From the NCBI GenBank assembly GCA_051362555.1, contig CM120640.1, forward strand, positions 4,836,001 through 4,900,000: a stretch of DNA of 64,000 bases, given 5' to 3'. The notes under the pieces are model-generated. The model made no database searches, was not told the DNA's origin, and saw nothing but the letters and a program-made list of their open reading frames with translations. The stretch is from Lingula anatina (taxonomy: Eukaryota > Animalia > Brachiopoda). Both the position numbers and the translations under genes were made by a program. Below are positions 10,073 to 33,239 of this stretch, piece by piece (position 1 is the stretch's first letter; the number at the start of each line of letters is the position of its first letter).

Positions 10073-13000
10073 GTAAGACATAGGGGCACACTTATTGTAT
10101 AATATATTTTGCATTGAATTTTTTAGGATAATTACATTTATGTGTATTTTTGTAACATTAAGGGAGAATTTTTAAAAATTAAAGAATTTGAAAGGAAATA
10201 ATTAAGAAAATTATTTTAGGTTTACAAATGAAATATTTTATATGAAAGTTTTGTTGCGAGGTTTCATTTCATATTGATATGATTGTAGGGTTATAATTGA
10301 CATTTCATGAAAATGAAAAAAAATTTAAAAAGTCAGATCTATTTACTTTTAAGAAAGAGGGTAAAATGAAAAAGAAAAATAGAAAAAAATGAAAGCTTTG
10401 ATCTCTGCCGCTAAGTATAGTGTTGTGCCAGATTTGCTATGACCGCATTAAACAGTTTTGACCTATTTAAAGTGTTCATTGACTTAACCCAGTGTCAGTT
10501 GTTAAGAAGTACCTTGGAAGGTGCACAGCTTTATCTAGAGGTAGCAGCTTGTCAGCAGAGATGTCAGGCAATCAAATGAATGGACAGGTAAACTGATGAA
10601 ATGTTACTGCAGCTTAAACCATTTGTCATACTATCTGAAAACATTACCATAATTTATGTGATATGTATTCTTTAAACTTTGTAGTCACAATACTGGGTTA
10701 TTAGATGGGGTGTGGGAACCCTGTCCTTCAGACCTTGCTTAAGGTTTCTATATCATAGCCACTGTGCAGTGTTTAGGAATATTCATAAATGTTTGAATTT
10801 TAAAGAAAATTAATTATTTGTATGTGGGCCTAATAAAGCAGTTTTACCTTGTTGAATACATGGAAATACACAGAGCACTTAAATGTTTTATGTTGAATGG
10901 GTAGTTTATCATCATCTACTTGGATGCTAATATAGTGAGGACAGTCAAGATATGATCTTGTGCTCATATTCATTTGTTGTTAATGTGCTCTTCTTGTGTT
11001 TGATACTGTCATTAGTGTCTTAAAGGTGGAGGGGTACAATGCCAGAAGTGGTTTACCATTGGTTCAAAGAAAGATTTACACAGTGGGTCACAATGGGGGT
11101 ATAGTTGTGCATTCCATAGCAGGTCAATTCTCTGTTAGTTGGTAATACTGCATTTAGCATGGCCCAATTTTTTTATTTCGCCTGAGCTTAAAGAGCTGCT
11201 TGTGCAATACGTTTGTTATTGCATGTATTGTATACTACTCAATTACTTCATTAATCATTTTTATGCCTTTCCGGATCAGTGTATGCATCAGTATGTGAGG
11301 TGCCCTGGTACACTAATGTAGTTTGTGATGGAAGTGGCATATGATGTAGACACTTCTACCTTCGTTTATGCATTATCATTATTTATATTTGTAAAAAGTT
11401 GCCATGGTATCACATTTAAATACTGGTAAAACCTGGGCATTTTGTGTTCTTAAACTTGAGATTATAAACTATGACTTTTTAACTGTCTATAACTTGGCCT
11501 TAGGTATACAGGGCTAGTACAAGTTCAGGTTGTTGTTGTTCTACTGCTATTGGCTCTAGTCTGTATTCAGACCACCTTGCGAGATTACAGCTAGTCTATA
11601 ATATATGTTCCTCTATGAATCATAGTGTTTTCATAGTGGGAACATATGTCCTTACATACATTAAGGACTTGTAGAAATTGGCTGTATGATGGAGCAGCTG
11701 GGAGGAGAGATGAGACACGAAAGAAAAATCAATAGTCAAAAAACACTTGTCTGGCTTCTTTTTATGTGACTAATAGTCTTACATGAGAGAGGAAAATACA
11801 TCAAAGTTGTCTTTTCAACAGCATATTTCAATCCATTGCTGTATTTTTTTAGCATGATTTGTTCACATGGGAGCATTACTAAAAGCCCTGACCAACCGCA
11901 AAACCTATGAGTGATAAAGATGTTATTTGAGTGGAATATTCTTTTTTGGTTGATATTGATATGAAGAAAGATGGGTATTAAAATAGCTTTTAGTAAGTTT
12001 CCCAGGAAAATGATAAAACTAAAATACTGCCTCAAGAAATTATGTTAATTAAACATAACCTTGTTCATTAGAGGTTATTAGTCATATGTTGGGCTTTTGT
12101 TACCTATTGGGAAATTGCTTTGTATTTCACTTCATTTATGGGTGTAATAACTCCTTTAACACCTCTGACTTGAAAAGCTTTGTACTGTGTTAAGATAAAT
12201 ATATTAAGCCTCCAAGATAATAACCTCACACTTCGTTATAATTATTCATTACATCATTAATCAGGATAATTATCATTTGACAATTACAGCCATTTGTCAG
12301 ATGTAGATAAATTATAAATGACTTCTTGAAGTTGTTGGCATTTATCAGCTGCATGATGTAAGAAAATTATATGATAAGCTGGTTGCATGCCATCTTGCCA
12401 GAGTTCCAGGAGAAGAAACTGTAAATGTTGAGAAAGGTTAGTCATTCTTTGAGCTGGTTGACCTGCAGAAGACACCATTTCCACTTAGGTTAAGCTGTAA
12501 CACCTGTCACAAAACCGAATTTTGGGTACTTTGCATGCAAAGATCAAGCTATAAAGAATACATAAAATATGGAAAAAGTATTGGTGTATTGCTTTTCATT
12601 CTTGGAAATCTTTAAGTCTAAAGGCATACTTAACCTTAAAAGTTTGAGCCGAAACTAGAATGGTTGAAAAATGTGGTAAAATAATAGGTCAACCCCACAT
12701 TTTGTCAGGTTCAGTTTAAATAAAAAAATCCCTAAATATTATCTAATTTTTGATAAATGAAACTTCTCAATGTAAATGCTTGCATACATTTTACTTATAT
12801 GATATTTGGAAAAAAAAATGGAACACCCTTTGTTTGTTTTGTACCTACTGCACAACTTTGCTGGTCTATGAATCATAGATTTAATTTAATTTCATATCAA
12901 GATAAAGTTTTCTGCATAAAAATTCTGATTGATTTAAAAATATTTAGAACAGTTGCATAATATTTGTGTATAAATTTGTTTGGGTGTTAATGGATCAAAC

Positions 13001-14416
13001 AGCTGCAATTCCACATCAAAAAAGTAATTTAGCTCTAAACAAAAGTTTAATGCATTACCAATCACAAGACCTCAGTTTTCATATCAGGTGCTTTAATCAA
13101 CAGATTGTTTTTTTAATATCTTTGAACGTTATGTAGAGATTTTTGCATGATGGATCAGTTGCACATAACTGGCATGTATGTATTAATGAAATAAAAAGGC
13201 ACTCCTGTTTAACATGGTAATACATGTACTTATGTTCATGAGCGAGAGTCTTCATGTTATTTTCCATATATTGTAATGCAGCTTGTTGCCATTATTGTGT
13301 GTGCACATATCCTGCAAAGATTATTTCATTTTAACAGATAATGCAGATCTCTGCCAAGACAACTCAGTCCTCGTTATAAATTTATTAATTTCAGTAGCTT
13401 CTAATTAAACCCATTTCTGTCCTATCCTGAAAGTTGTATCAAAATCTGTCCATAATCTGCCCATAACTTTTTGCATAAAGCTGCTAACAGAAAAAAACTC
13501 CTTAGAGAAAGCAGTAATCATAATTTATAACATTCTATTTGCATAGATTTATTTGAAATCCAAGTACTGGTACCTTATTACCTGAAACCATACTAGTAAA
13601 AATACATCAAAATTTGTACTTGTGTTTCCACATGTTTTAGATTTGGAAGGAATTCAGTTGCATGTGTCCTGCGATTTACATGTATACATTGGTGCAATAT
13701 GGCCTTGCAGGCATGCTGAAGTGTGTTGATACAGACTGGAATTGAAAATTTGTTCAATGTTTTGGAATTGCATTGTTATTTCAAACAGACTTATTCAAAA
13801 GCCTCCTCAGATAACTCAAATGTGTATCAGAGATTGGCCTTAATTTCAGCCTTCTTGATTCTCTTGTACTTTTATATACCAGTGACTAATCTCCTTGCAG
13901 TCTACATAATGTATTTCTTTTAATGGGTTTTCCTGCCAGGCTAAGATTTTTTCTAAGTCAATGCTTTTTTTTGGCATAGAATATCATTTTAACCACATCT
14001 GGTCTTTAGGTGTATTCCAATGAATCTGACAGACCGTGATTGAACATTTGTATGGATTTGTGGCAGAGATAGAAAGTCTAGACAGTATTATTAAATGTGA
14101 TGACATGAAACGCGGCAGATGTCTGGATTATGCTGTAATCTCTGTCAGTGCCCTACTTCAAATTATCAAATGTCACAGAATATTAGCTTTGACACTTGTA
14201 AATCTTCATTGGATTTCTTTGGTTTCACTTGTTATATCTCATTGGTCAGCAAAGAAGGATTTCACTAGCCCCTTGTTAAGTAGTGTGATTTAATTTGGTT
14301 TATTGTGTTTTAAATGCATTCATAGGGTTTCTGTTCTTCTGTATTAGATCTAGTACTTTATAAGCTCTAAGATGTTTAACATATTGCACATAAGGTAATA
14401 GTTAAGGCAATACAGT

Positions 14417-14590
14417 TAGGCCCGAAGCCGGAGGGGGGGGGAGTTCAGGGGGTTCGAAAGAACCGCCTCTTTTGTTGGGAAAAGGTCCACTCTGGGTAAA
14501 ATTTGATCTTGGTACATGAAGTTTTTATGGGAAAAACTCCACTTTTTCAGTAAAAGAACCCCCCTTTTGTAAGTGCTGGCTACAGGCCTG
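14417..14590. mobile_element. Short MITE with 5-bp TSD
   Basis: Termini TAGGCCCGAAGCC and GGCTACAGGCCTG are imperfect inverted repeats. Internal GGGGGTTC/GAACCCCCC. ACAGT is duplicated at 14412-14416 and 14591-14595. Confidence 0.7.
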
Positions 14591-16055
14591 ACAGTGTAGA
14601 AAAATGGTATCAATAACAGGGTGTCAGGATCATCTCAAGCCGGGATTGTCAGGAGTTCAAGAGACAATCCTGACAAGGGTTTCACATTATGGTTTACAAT
14701 AATTCATGCTTTGGTATATATGCCAGTCAGTTACTATTAATGTTTTAGATTGTATTTTCTGTGAACATAGACACTAATGTTGTTAGTAGAATATATCTTT
14801 ATAAGTATTAACGCACTGATTTTCCATTACCTGTTTTAAGTGTCCTTCAGTTTGGTGGGTGTGGGATAAGGGGGGGGGAGGTGTCGTGGCATAAGAGTTA
14901 ATCGACAGCCCTTTGAAATAAGCAAACAAACAGCAATATTTACTAACAAAGAGTCTTTCTTAATGTAATCTGTAATTTTGTCTTTGCTATGTAATACAGC
15001 ATACTGCTATGCACTTGTATCAATGAAATAATCTGTGTAGGTATGTGGATGAAAATGCTAACACTAGTCTTGGCCAAAGACCATTCTATTGTCATTCTAG
15101 AAATAATTCCCTTCCAACTCTTGACATTATCAGATTGATGGAATCTTTTTTGACCCTTAATTTCTTGCCAGGTGTATTTAGCCATAGGCATGAATATGGT
15201 TACAACCAAGGTTATACCTCGCTGGCACCATTCCTTTTGATTATTAGAGCATTGTATCTTATTGAGCCCTGTGTAAGGATCAATGGCTCCGGGTCTCTTG
15301 GTCAGCGTACTAGCGGAAATCTGTATTGTCAAGGTCTCAACCTCCCATCTAGTGTTTGCAGGTAGATCGAGATCTGGCTTGGTGATAAATTGAGGGGCGT
15401 CAAGTTTGCCTGTGGTCACCGAAAAAAAGCATATAATAGAGCAAGCAGTGCCAAAACACCTGTTAGTTGGTCTGACTTGTTTTGGGGTTTAAAGAAACAG
15501 GATCTTGCAGTTGAAGCCATGAATTTGCATGTAGGTACAGTATATGTATTTTTTGAAGTTTCAAATCACAGGTGTATGTTTCCATACTTCAGCAAGCTGT
15601 GTTAGGTTACACCTGGATAAGACTTCTCTCCTCACTCATTCATTGATGAAGGAGAGTTTTGGATTGTGAAGTAGTATTTAGCTCATGTATCAATAGAAAT
15701 TGTGCAAACAAGTGTCATGTGGCCTGTTGGTTGAAAGCTACCACAAATATATGGTCAAAGGGGAACATCCTAAAAATCTATTTTGTGTGAGATTTTTTTT
15801 GTATTGAATTTTGTATGCATTATTGGAAACAAAAATGTGAAGTGCTTTGCCAGAGCAGTGCTTTTTTTTTTCAAAATGATTTGGAGATAACAGTTTTCAG
15901 ATGTTTTTAACTCTATTAAGTTTAAATGTCGGACTCTCATGCAAAATCTGTTAAATTATTGTTAGCATATTGTGAATGTTCTTCACCTATGTTTATAAAC
16001 ATTTTCCTGCTGCATTTGTAGTTTTACTCTGCAGTATATAAAAGTGTAGCCAGGG

Positions 16056-16380
16056 GGGTCATATCGATACTCCCCCGCACCGTTACTCCTCCACACCGTT
16101 ACTCTACGGCACTGATACTCCCCCGCACCGATAATCCCCCTTAGTAAATTTTTGTGTATTGTGCGCATTGATACGACCCCACACCGATAGATCCCCGCAT
16201 CAATACATCCCCAGTAAAATTGCTAATGTAGGCGCACCGTTATTCCCCCACAATGATACTCCCCCACATCATTGCTTCCCAGCTTTGATACTGCGGGGAA
16301 GTATCGGTGGGGGGGAGTATTGGTGGGGGGATGTACCAGTGCGGGGGAGTATTGGTGTGGGGATGTATAGGGATGTAACC
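16056..16380. mobile_element. MULE-like MITE with tandem subterminal repeats
   Basis: Repeated GATACTCCCCCGCACC units on the left, inverted GTGCGGGGGAGTAT units on the right. TAGCCAGG is duplicated at 16047-16054 and 16381-16388 (8-9 bp TSD). Confidence 0.8.
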
Positions 16381-17065
16381 TAGCCAGGTATAGTGTTAAC
16401 TCTTGGCATATTGTGTTAGCTTGTGGGCTGGGTGTATGAAACAACTGCTCTTCATCTGGAATAGGTGTTCTGAATCAAAACTTGATTGGGTTCTATTCCT
16501 TTTCTCAGGTTAGGTAAGAAAAAAAATGATGCCATCACCCAGCTGCTCACTTCTAGAGAGACACTACAGGCCTGCTTGTTCAATCTAGAATGTATCGCTA
16601 AGTTCCTTGCTATTTTAAGTATTTAGTTTTTTTAGGGACATAGTTTAGCAACCTGATTCTATCATGAAGACATTTATCTGGGTAGTAATAGATGGAGTGG
16701 TGGTAATAGCCTTCCAACAGTTATATTGCTCAAGGATATGGGAAGTACAAAGTATGACACTTATGATAATTTCCTATGTATCATGACTACTATTCCAACT
16801 ATTGAACAGATGTGCCATTAGTGTGCTGTGGTCACATGAAAGGTCTTCTCCTAATGGTTTAATAATAGTTCTTTATAGATGTGATCAGCAAGACGAAGTA
16901 TAATTAGTTGTGTATTACATGGTCAGTGTGATGTCCAGCTGTTGAAAACTAGAGGAAATCTATTCTGTCCAGTATTGTTGAGCAAGAAAATGAATTTACT
17001 CACAGGTGCATTCACTGTTCTCCTTAGTGAAAGTCAGTAGGAGACTTCTTCACAAATGCATTTTA

Positions 17066-17067
<2 letters not shown>

Positions 17068-17138
<71 letters not shown>

Positions 17139-17150
17139 AGAGAGAGAGAG
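17068..17150. repeat. (GT)n followed by (GA)n microsatellite
   Basis: Direct inspection. Confidence 0.97.
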
Positions 17151-18282
17151 ATTATTATTTGCCACCCTTAAAATCTCACTGAAAAGATGTATTTATGTGT
17201 ATGGTGTTCAAGATAAATTTTATCACATCTGCGGATAGCATAATAAATTATGTGATCTTTGCTTTGGAGTGGATTCTATTGAGATGAGCAATACTCATCT
17301 TATGAACTGACATCATGCTTAGACAAGCAGAAATGATATCTGAAAATGTCCATGGAATATGCAGAGATGTTTGGCCAGTAAGATCATCTGGAAGCTGTGG
17401 TATCAAGAAGAAAACAGGTGCTTCTGGCGATAAACAAGTTTCCATTTATTTAGGAGAGCCTCTGCTGAGATTTTGCAATATAAGCATTTGAAAAATGAGA
17501 CCATTAAGGCTGTCTAGATTGAGTTTTTTTTTTCCTGTGGTTATTTTTAGAATAATTACTTCTTCTCCTCAGAGGCTCAAAGTGAAATCAGTTCTAAATG
17601 TTTTTTTTTATTTGTTTACTTACTGTTTAGATTTATTGCCCCAAATAGGCTAATGTGTCAGAGTTCAACATATTTATAGTTTTCTATTGATTCAAGCATG
17701 TTTTATTTAGTCAGGCAGTTGTGTACAATTGTAAGTTAATGTGTTTCGATTTCACCCTAGCCCATTGTTTACCATGCCCTGTTCTATTGTGGAGTCTGAC
17801 ATTAATTACCTAATGCCAATTACATCATGAGTCAGTGAGTAGAGCCTCATCTGCATAATAAAAGGTGCACCAAATCAATCTTGCATTGTCTGGGGAGAGA
17901 AATCAATACAGTTGGAACTCCCGCCTCAATCCATGGTTTGGGGCCCATCTAACACAATCAATACAGCATTCACAGGCTGAGCTATTAACATAACAAATGT
18001 GCAGGGTTCAGAATAGCACAACCACAGTGCCACTTGCCAAATGGTTGGTGTACCTTCCTTCCATGTTCCACTGAGTTGATTGACTGGACTCGACCCAGCT
18101 TGTGCACATACCAGGGTCAGTGAGACAGGAAAGAACTAACAGAGAGGATTTGGAGGAATTAAAGCTGGGATATAGGCTGTTCAGACTTGCAGGTTTCATT
18201 CTTCATCAAGGCAGCATTTCAGTTAGAAGGGACTGGATTGAATATTTGACTCAATAACGGTGGACATTATATTGCAAGGACC

Positions 18283-28035
<9,753 letters not shown>

Positions 28036-30203
28036 CTGGTCAAATACACACTTTCTCGATGTCCAGATACTAAGTTAGGAATACAGACTGTCTTCGTTGT
28101 CACTGCCCAGTCTCGCTAGGTGGACTTAGTTTGATGTAGCATTTGCCAAAGACGTGGCTTTTCATTGTAGACTGCCATTGTGGCTCACCGGACATGGAAA
28201 TGCAATGACTGTAAATTCCTCTGTATAAGAATACAACTTGGGCGTAAGGATGCAGTGTGTGAATTTAATTGCAGTTAAGACACTCTGTGGTTGCAGAGAG
28301 TTCAGAGATAGAAAGAACTATAGTTTTGTAGTAGTTTGATAGTCAGATGTTTGAACAGAAATGAGTGGTCTGTCATAAAAGTGACAGGTTTTGCTGCCAA
28401 GGATACTTAGGTAGAGAGTCATTGATAAAAAGTGCAGATAAAAGAAATGAACATTTAGTTTGTCCAGTGCCAGATCTTTTCTCCATGTTTTGTTCTCAGG
28501 CTATTTTTAACTTGCATTTGTTTATATTTGAGAGATTGAAATGGTGATTGTTAACATGAGTAGATGTGCCTTTGTAATGTAGCACAAAAGTGGCTTCCAG
28601 TACACTTCAACTTTAAAAGTGTTAGAGAAATTGCTGGTTGGTGAGGAGCTTCTGATTTTCAAGTTTGCAGATATGGATGTACTATGCATGATCTTTTCAT
28701 GGAATTGAAAAGGTTGCCAATTAGTTGACAATCAGTCACCTGTCAAAACCCTTCCCTGTTCTTGTCTGAATACCTTTGTATGTTAGAGCTGAACTACCAT
28801 TCCACAACAAGGTCATCTGTCATAACTGTAGCTTTTTTAATTTACAAATGCATTCCTTGATTAACTGTAGAAAAATCACGTTTTGTTATATCAGATTATT
28901 TGTTACAGTTATTTACAGATTTTATTAGCATCCTGTATTAATATTATGGAATTTATAATATATTTTAAAGTATGACTGAATTGTGTATAGGTTTGATGAA
29001 AATTATTTAAATTTAGCATGGTAAGGACAAGTTGTGCACTTTACATATAATATTTGCATTTTCCCTCAGATTTTCAGATGAATTTCCAAAAGTTTTAATG
29101 GTGTCTTTCTTGTGTCATTGCATACTTATAGATTTTCTTAAACAGATTCATTGCCTTCCTGTACAATCTTTATTGAAGTAAGCAAAGAAAATTGCATGAA
29201 AGATGTTGTAGTTTTGTGTATGTATTACATTTAGATTGCAGTTAGACTGAATCAGGAAAAACTGATTAAAGTGTTTTATACAAATGTGCTGCTTAAATAA
29301 AAATTGAAGGATGGATAATGTTCGTCTTGTATTTTGTACTATATTACAACATGGTGGATCTTACATGCAAAAAGAAGTTTTTAGCAGACATGCATGTATG
29401 CTAACAAAATATTTGATGAAATATCATTGGCTGAGGAAATTATGTTACTGGCAAGTAGCAGTTATTTTCACCAAATTAAATTTCCTACATGAGATTCTTA
29501 CTTTAAAATTCTTTTGGGAATTTAAAAACTGATTTGACAAGCATGACAAAATTTGTTTGTGGAGGGAATATGTTGATGACAAGGGCTATGTCTTATCTTT
29601 GAGTGGCTTGATATGTGACCTTCAGAGTGATAAGAATGTAACTAAATAGCACGAGTACAGTCACAGCACCAGCTGCATTGTTCTGTTTAAATTGAGCTTT
29701 GCCTTCAAGCACCTCCTTGATAACCCAGCACCCACCTGCTACTGTAAAATTCCTAAATTGTACAAAATTACTATTTCTTCTTGCTTCCTGGCTGTTTCAA
29801 GCACAGTGATGCTACAAACAAAATTTGAAATGGAGTTCCAGTTATTTAAATATAACAGCATCTTTTGGGCCACAATACAAAAAAATGAAAATGTGACATT
29901 TACAAAGTAAAATCCCTGTATAAAAATTATATTTGGTGTTCACGTAACAGTATCAAAAGGCAAACATATATGCAGCCATTGAGCATTTGCAGAAGGACTG
30001 GGACGGGCACTCCACCTCCTCAGCTTTTCAAAAAGAAGAAGGTAAATCTAACTAAAAGACATCTCAGCTTTTGTGAAAATTGAAAAGCCTTTCTGGACAG
30101 CAGTTCAGTGTATTTAATGACTACTTATCATGTGAATCCTGTATAACAGACTTCACAAAGTGAAAGTGAAACCTTTTTCTTTTCATATCAGGTGACCGAA
30201 AAC

Positions 30204-31772
30204 ATGCCTGGCAAGAGGTTTTTCATATTGGTCATCTTCCTTGAAGTATTACTAAGCCATACAGATGCCCAGATTCCTGGTGAATACATCGCTAGTTTGA
30301 AAGAAGGGCTTCCCAACTCAGTCCAAGAGCTTGAGAGGCTGACCACCCTGATAACCAATTCCAGTGTCACTGGTAACACACACCTGAACCACACATATCA
30401 CATTGGAGACTTCCTCGGGGTGGCATTTGAGACCACCAACTCCAGTCTTCTCTCCTTGTTGAAAAACGACAGTTCTGTGGAAAGCATTGAAGACAACCTG
30501 TGGCTTGACCTGACCAGTACTTGTATGTATGCAGACACTGTCTGGAATTTTGCCTCTGTTTGGGGCCTTGCCAGAATCAGCCAAAGATCAAAAACGAGTA
30601 ACACCCTATATATATACGAGGAGGAGTCTGGAGATGGTGTTCTCGTATACCTTGTTGATACTGGGGTAAACTTGAGACACGATTTTGGGGGGCGTGTATT
30701 ACAAGGTCCAGATGTATCTAGGAGTCAACAAGGTTTAAGAGACAGCAATGGCCATGGGGAACATACCACTGGCATAGTAGTTTCTTCTCAGTATGGCATA
30801 GCACGCAACAGCACAGCCATGATGATAAAAGCTGGAGACGGTACAAATAACCGGCTAAAAAATTCCAATGTTCTTGCTTCTTTAAACTGGATTGCTGCTC
30901 ATCACACGAACTTTTCAAAAGAATCCAATAGTTCCCCAGCAAAGTCCGTCATCAATCTCCCGGTTTCATCAAAGGTGAAATCCAATGCACTTAGCAGAGC
31001 AATCAGCAATATTGTTGGCCACCAGGCATTGCCTATAGTGGTAGGGGCTGGGAACTCGCTTGAAAATGCTTGTAAAGTCTTCCCTGCTAATATGACTGAA
31101 GTTATTACTGTTGGGGCAATGGACAGTGAAGACGTCATGTGGGAGAGAAGTAACTATGGTGACTGTATTGATATCCTAGCACCAGGTGTTCAAGTGTGGT
31201 CAGATGATTTTTTACCAGGGTCTGTGGGTACCAACAGAACTGGAACCTCTGTTGCTGCAGCCCATGTGACCGGTGTTGTGGCACGTTACCTAGCAACCCA
31301 GGCTGCCATGCCCTCTCCAGCTCAGGTGAAGACCTGGCTGATAGATGAATCAACTAAAGATGTGTTAAAGGTCACCCCGGGGACACCCAATAGGCTTCTG
31401 TACATGGGGTGCAATCAGTCTATAACAACCGTAATCCCAATTCAAAATATCACTTCAGCATTGCCAATCAATTTAACGACAATTCACATGTCAAATATGT
31501 CCACGGCCATTCCCATTACAACAACAGTGATGCCGAACACCACATCCCATACTTCCATCATGACAACATCCGCAGCCCACACTTCCGGCATGACAACAAC
31601 CATGGGTCACAACTTAACAACGTCAGTGTCCAATATTTCGTCAACAGAAACTACAGCTTCCTCTACAAAAATGACACCGCCTCAAACAACACCCTCTGCT
31701 TCAGTCATGATGGAATTCTCCAAAAAATTGACAGTCTTTTCAATCATGGCATTTCTATATTTAGTTCCATGA
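30204..31772 (+). CDS. Proteinase K-like subtilase (peptidase S8A) with I9 prodomain, Ser/Thr-rich stalk and probable GPI signal, 522 aa, intronless CDS
   Basis: Signal peptide MPGKRFFILVIFLEVLLSHTDA; I9-like IPGEYIASLK; triad motifs VYLVDTGV (Asp), DSNGHGEHTTG (His), TGTSVAAAHVTG (Ser); oxyanion GAGN; SNYGDCIDILAPG and TPNRLL; mucin-like tail ending in hydrophobic LTVFSIMAFLYLVP. Probable 5'UTR intron 30042-30191. Confidence 0.9.
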   Translation: MPGKRFFILVIFLEVLLSHTDAQIPGEYIASLKEGLPNSVQELERLTTLITNSSVTGNTHLNHTYHIGDFLGVAFETTNSSLLSLLKNDSSVESIEDNLWLDLTSTCMYADTVWNFASVWGLARISQRSKTSNTLYIYEEESGDGVLVYLVDTGVNLRHDFGGRVLQGPDVSRSQQGLRDSNGHGEHTTGIVVSSQYGIARNSTAMMIKAGDGTNNRLKNSNVLASLNWIAAHHTNFSKESNSSPAKSVINLPVSSKVKSNALSRAISNIVGHQALPIVVGAGNSLENACKVFPANMTEVITVGAMDSEDVMWERSNYGDCIDILAPGVQVWSDDFLPGSVGTNRTGTSVAAAHVTGVVARYLATQAAMPSPAQVKTWLIDESTKDVLKVTPGTPNRLLYMGCNQSITTVIPIQNITSALPINLTTIHMSNMSTAIPITTTVMPNTTSHTSIMTTSAAHTSGMTTTMGHNLTTSVSNISSTETTASSTKMTPPQTTPSASVMMEFSKKLTVFSIMAFLYLVP

Positions 31773-33239
31773 ATTTATGATCCCTGTGGTTGCAGCTTGA
31801 TAAGACATTCCTGAAGGCTTCAATGTTAAAAAGGATTTGAAAATAATATTCTGCCTCTAGTCAGGTAATTTTTGATACAATGAGATTATGTGTCAATTTA
31901 TAAACTTAATTTATTTCCAACATAAGTTTAAATTGTTCCCTTTTTATGTCAGATTACAGCTGCATTGAATGATGCAGTCAACGATAACAATGCAGTATCG
32001 TTACAATAATAGTAGGCATGAAAAATTAGGACTCTGTCAAGATTAAAAGGTAAAGGCACTTGGAAAGAAATGATGCAATGCAGTAAATAACAGTGATTTG
32101 TGTAAGGGTTCATACACATCATATTATTGCAGAATTAATGAAAAAAGTGAAATATCCTTACTAATCACACATGTAATATGGTCTATAACAAATTTAGTGA
32201 AAGATGGCCCAACACTGTCCCTACTGCAACTTGCCATTGTTTACTTAAAAGCAAAGGCTGTTCTCCTACTTTGTCTATGACAATGACAAGTATAATTTGT
32301 ACCCTGTGCTCCTGCCTCGCATTCCTTCTGTCATTATATATAAGTAACCCTTACAATTTTTTTCATTTACTTCACTGCATCTTTTTCTTCTTTTCCAAGT
32401 CTACTCACCTACACAATTAGTACATGGCTTACAAAGATAAAGTTGTGCTTATGTGTATACTAAGTCAAGCAAACATTCATATTTACTTTTAAAAAACTTG
32501 ATCATGTTATTATGAAAGCTGATGCATAGACAATCACTTGTTTCCAAGCTCACCAAGTATCAAGTGGATTTTTGAAAATATATCAATTTGTTGAAATGAA
32601 AGATTAACGGATTGCATTTTATCTTGAGGCAAAACAAAAAGTAACATCAAGAATGTTAATAACATGCATGTAAAATAGTGTTACTTTATTTTCTGTATAA
32701 GAAATTGCTTACTCTGACAGCCGATTTATAATATTTGCAGACAAAATTTAATACCAAAAACAAAATATATATATACATATATATCTAATTCATTCCCTTC
32801 ATAATAAGTGACACACTTTAAGTCTATGACTTAAATCGATATTGTGCATTATTGTGCTATTTCAAATGCAATAAATGGGCAGCTTATAATATAACAAGTA
32901 TACGACATTGAATGCCTTAAGTTCTTTTAATCAGTGTTCTTACTGCATGAGCAAGATTTTAATATGTTAATGATAAAATTGATTTCAATTAATATTTATA
33001 TACTTTAAGCCTAAACAACAAAATAACAATATCTGTAATATTTGCAATATTGATGAACTGGAGTTAAGCAGCTGTGTTCGAAACACTGAATTCTCAGTTT
33101 AAACTGTGCCAAATTAATTATAACTGTGGTATAGTTTCAATGGCAGTAGTCATCATCATAATCCATGTTTGTCTGTTCACCACATAAAACATAAACATGA
33201 AAAGTCCTAAAAGATAGGACTGGTCCCAATCTTAATGAA

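Noticed and set aside
14943-15419. 158-aa minus-strand ORF and overlapping 106-aa ORF
   Set aside because: No recognisable domain, non-ATG start, intronic position.
31409-31780. His/Asn-rich 123-aa ORF
   Set aside because: Shifted reading frame of the Thr/Ser-rich subtilase tail.
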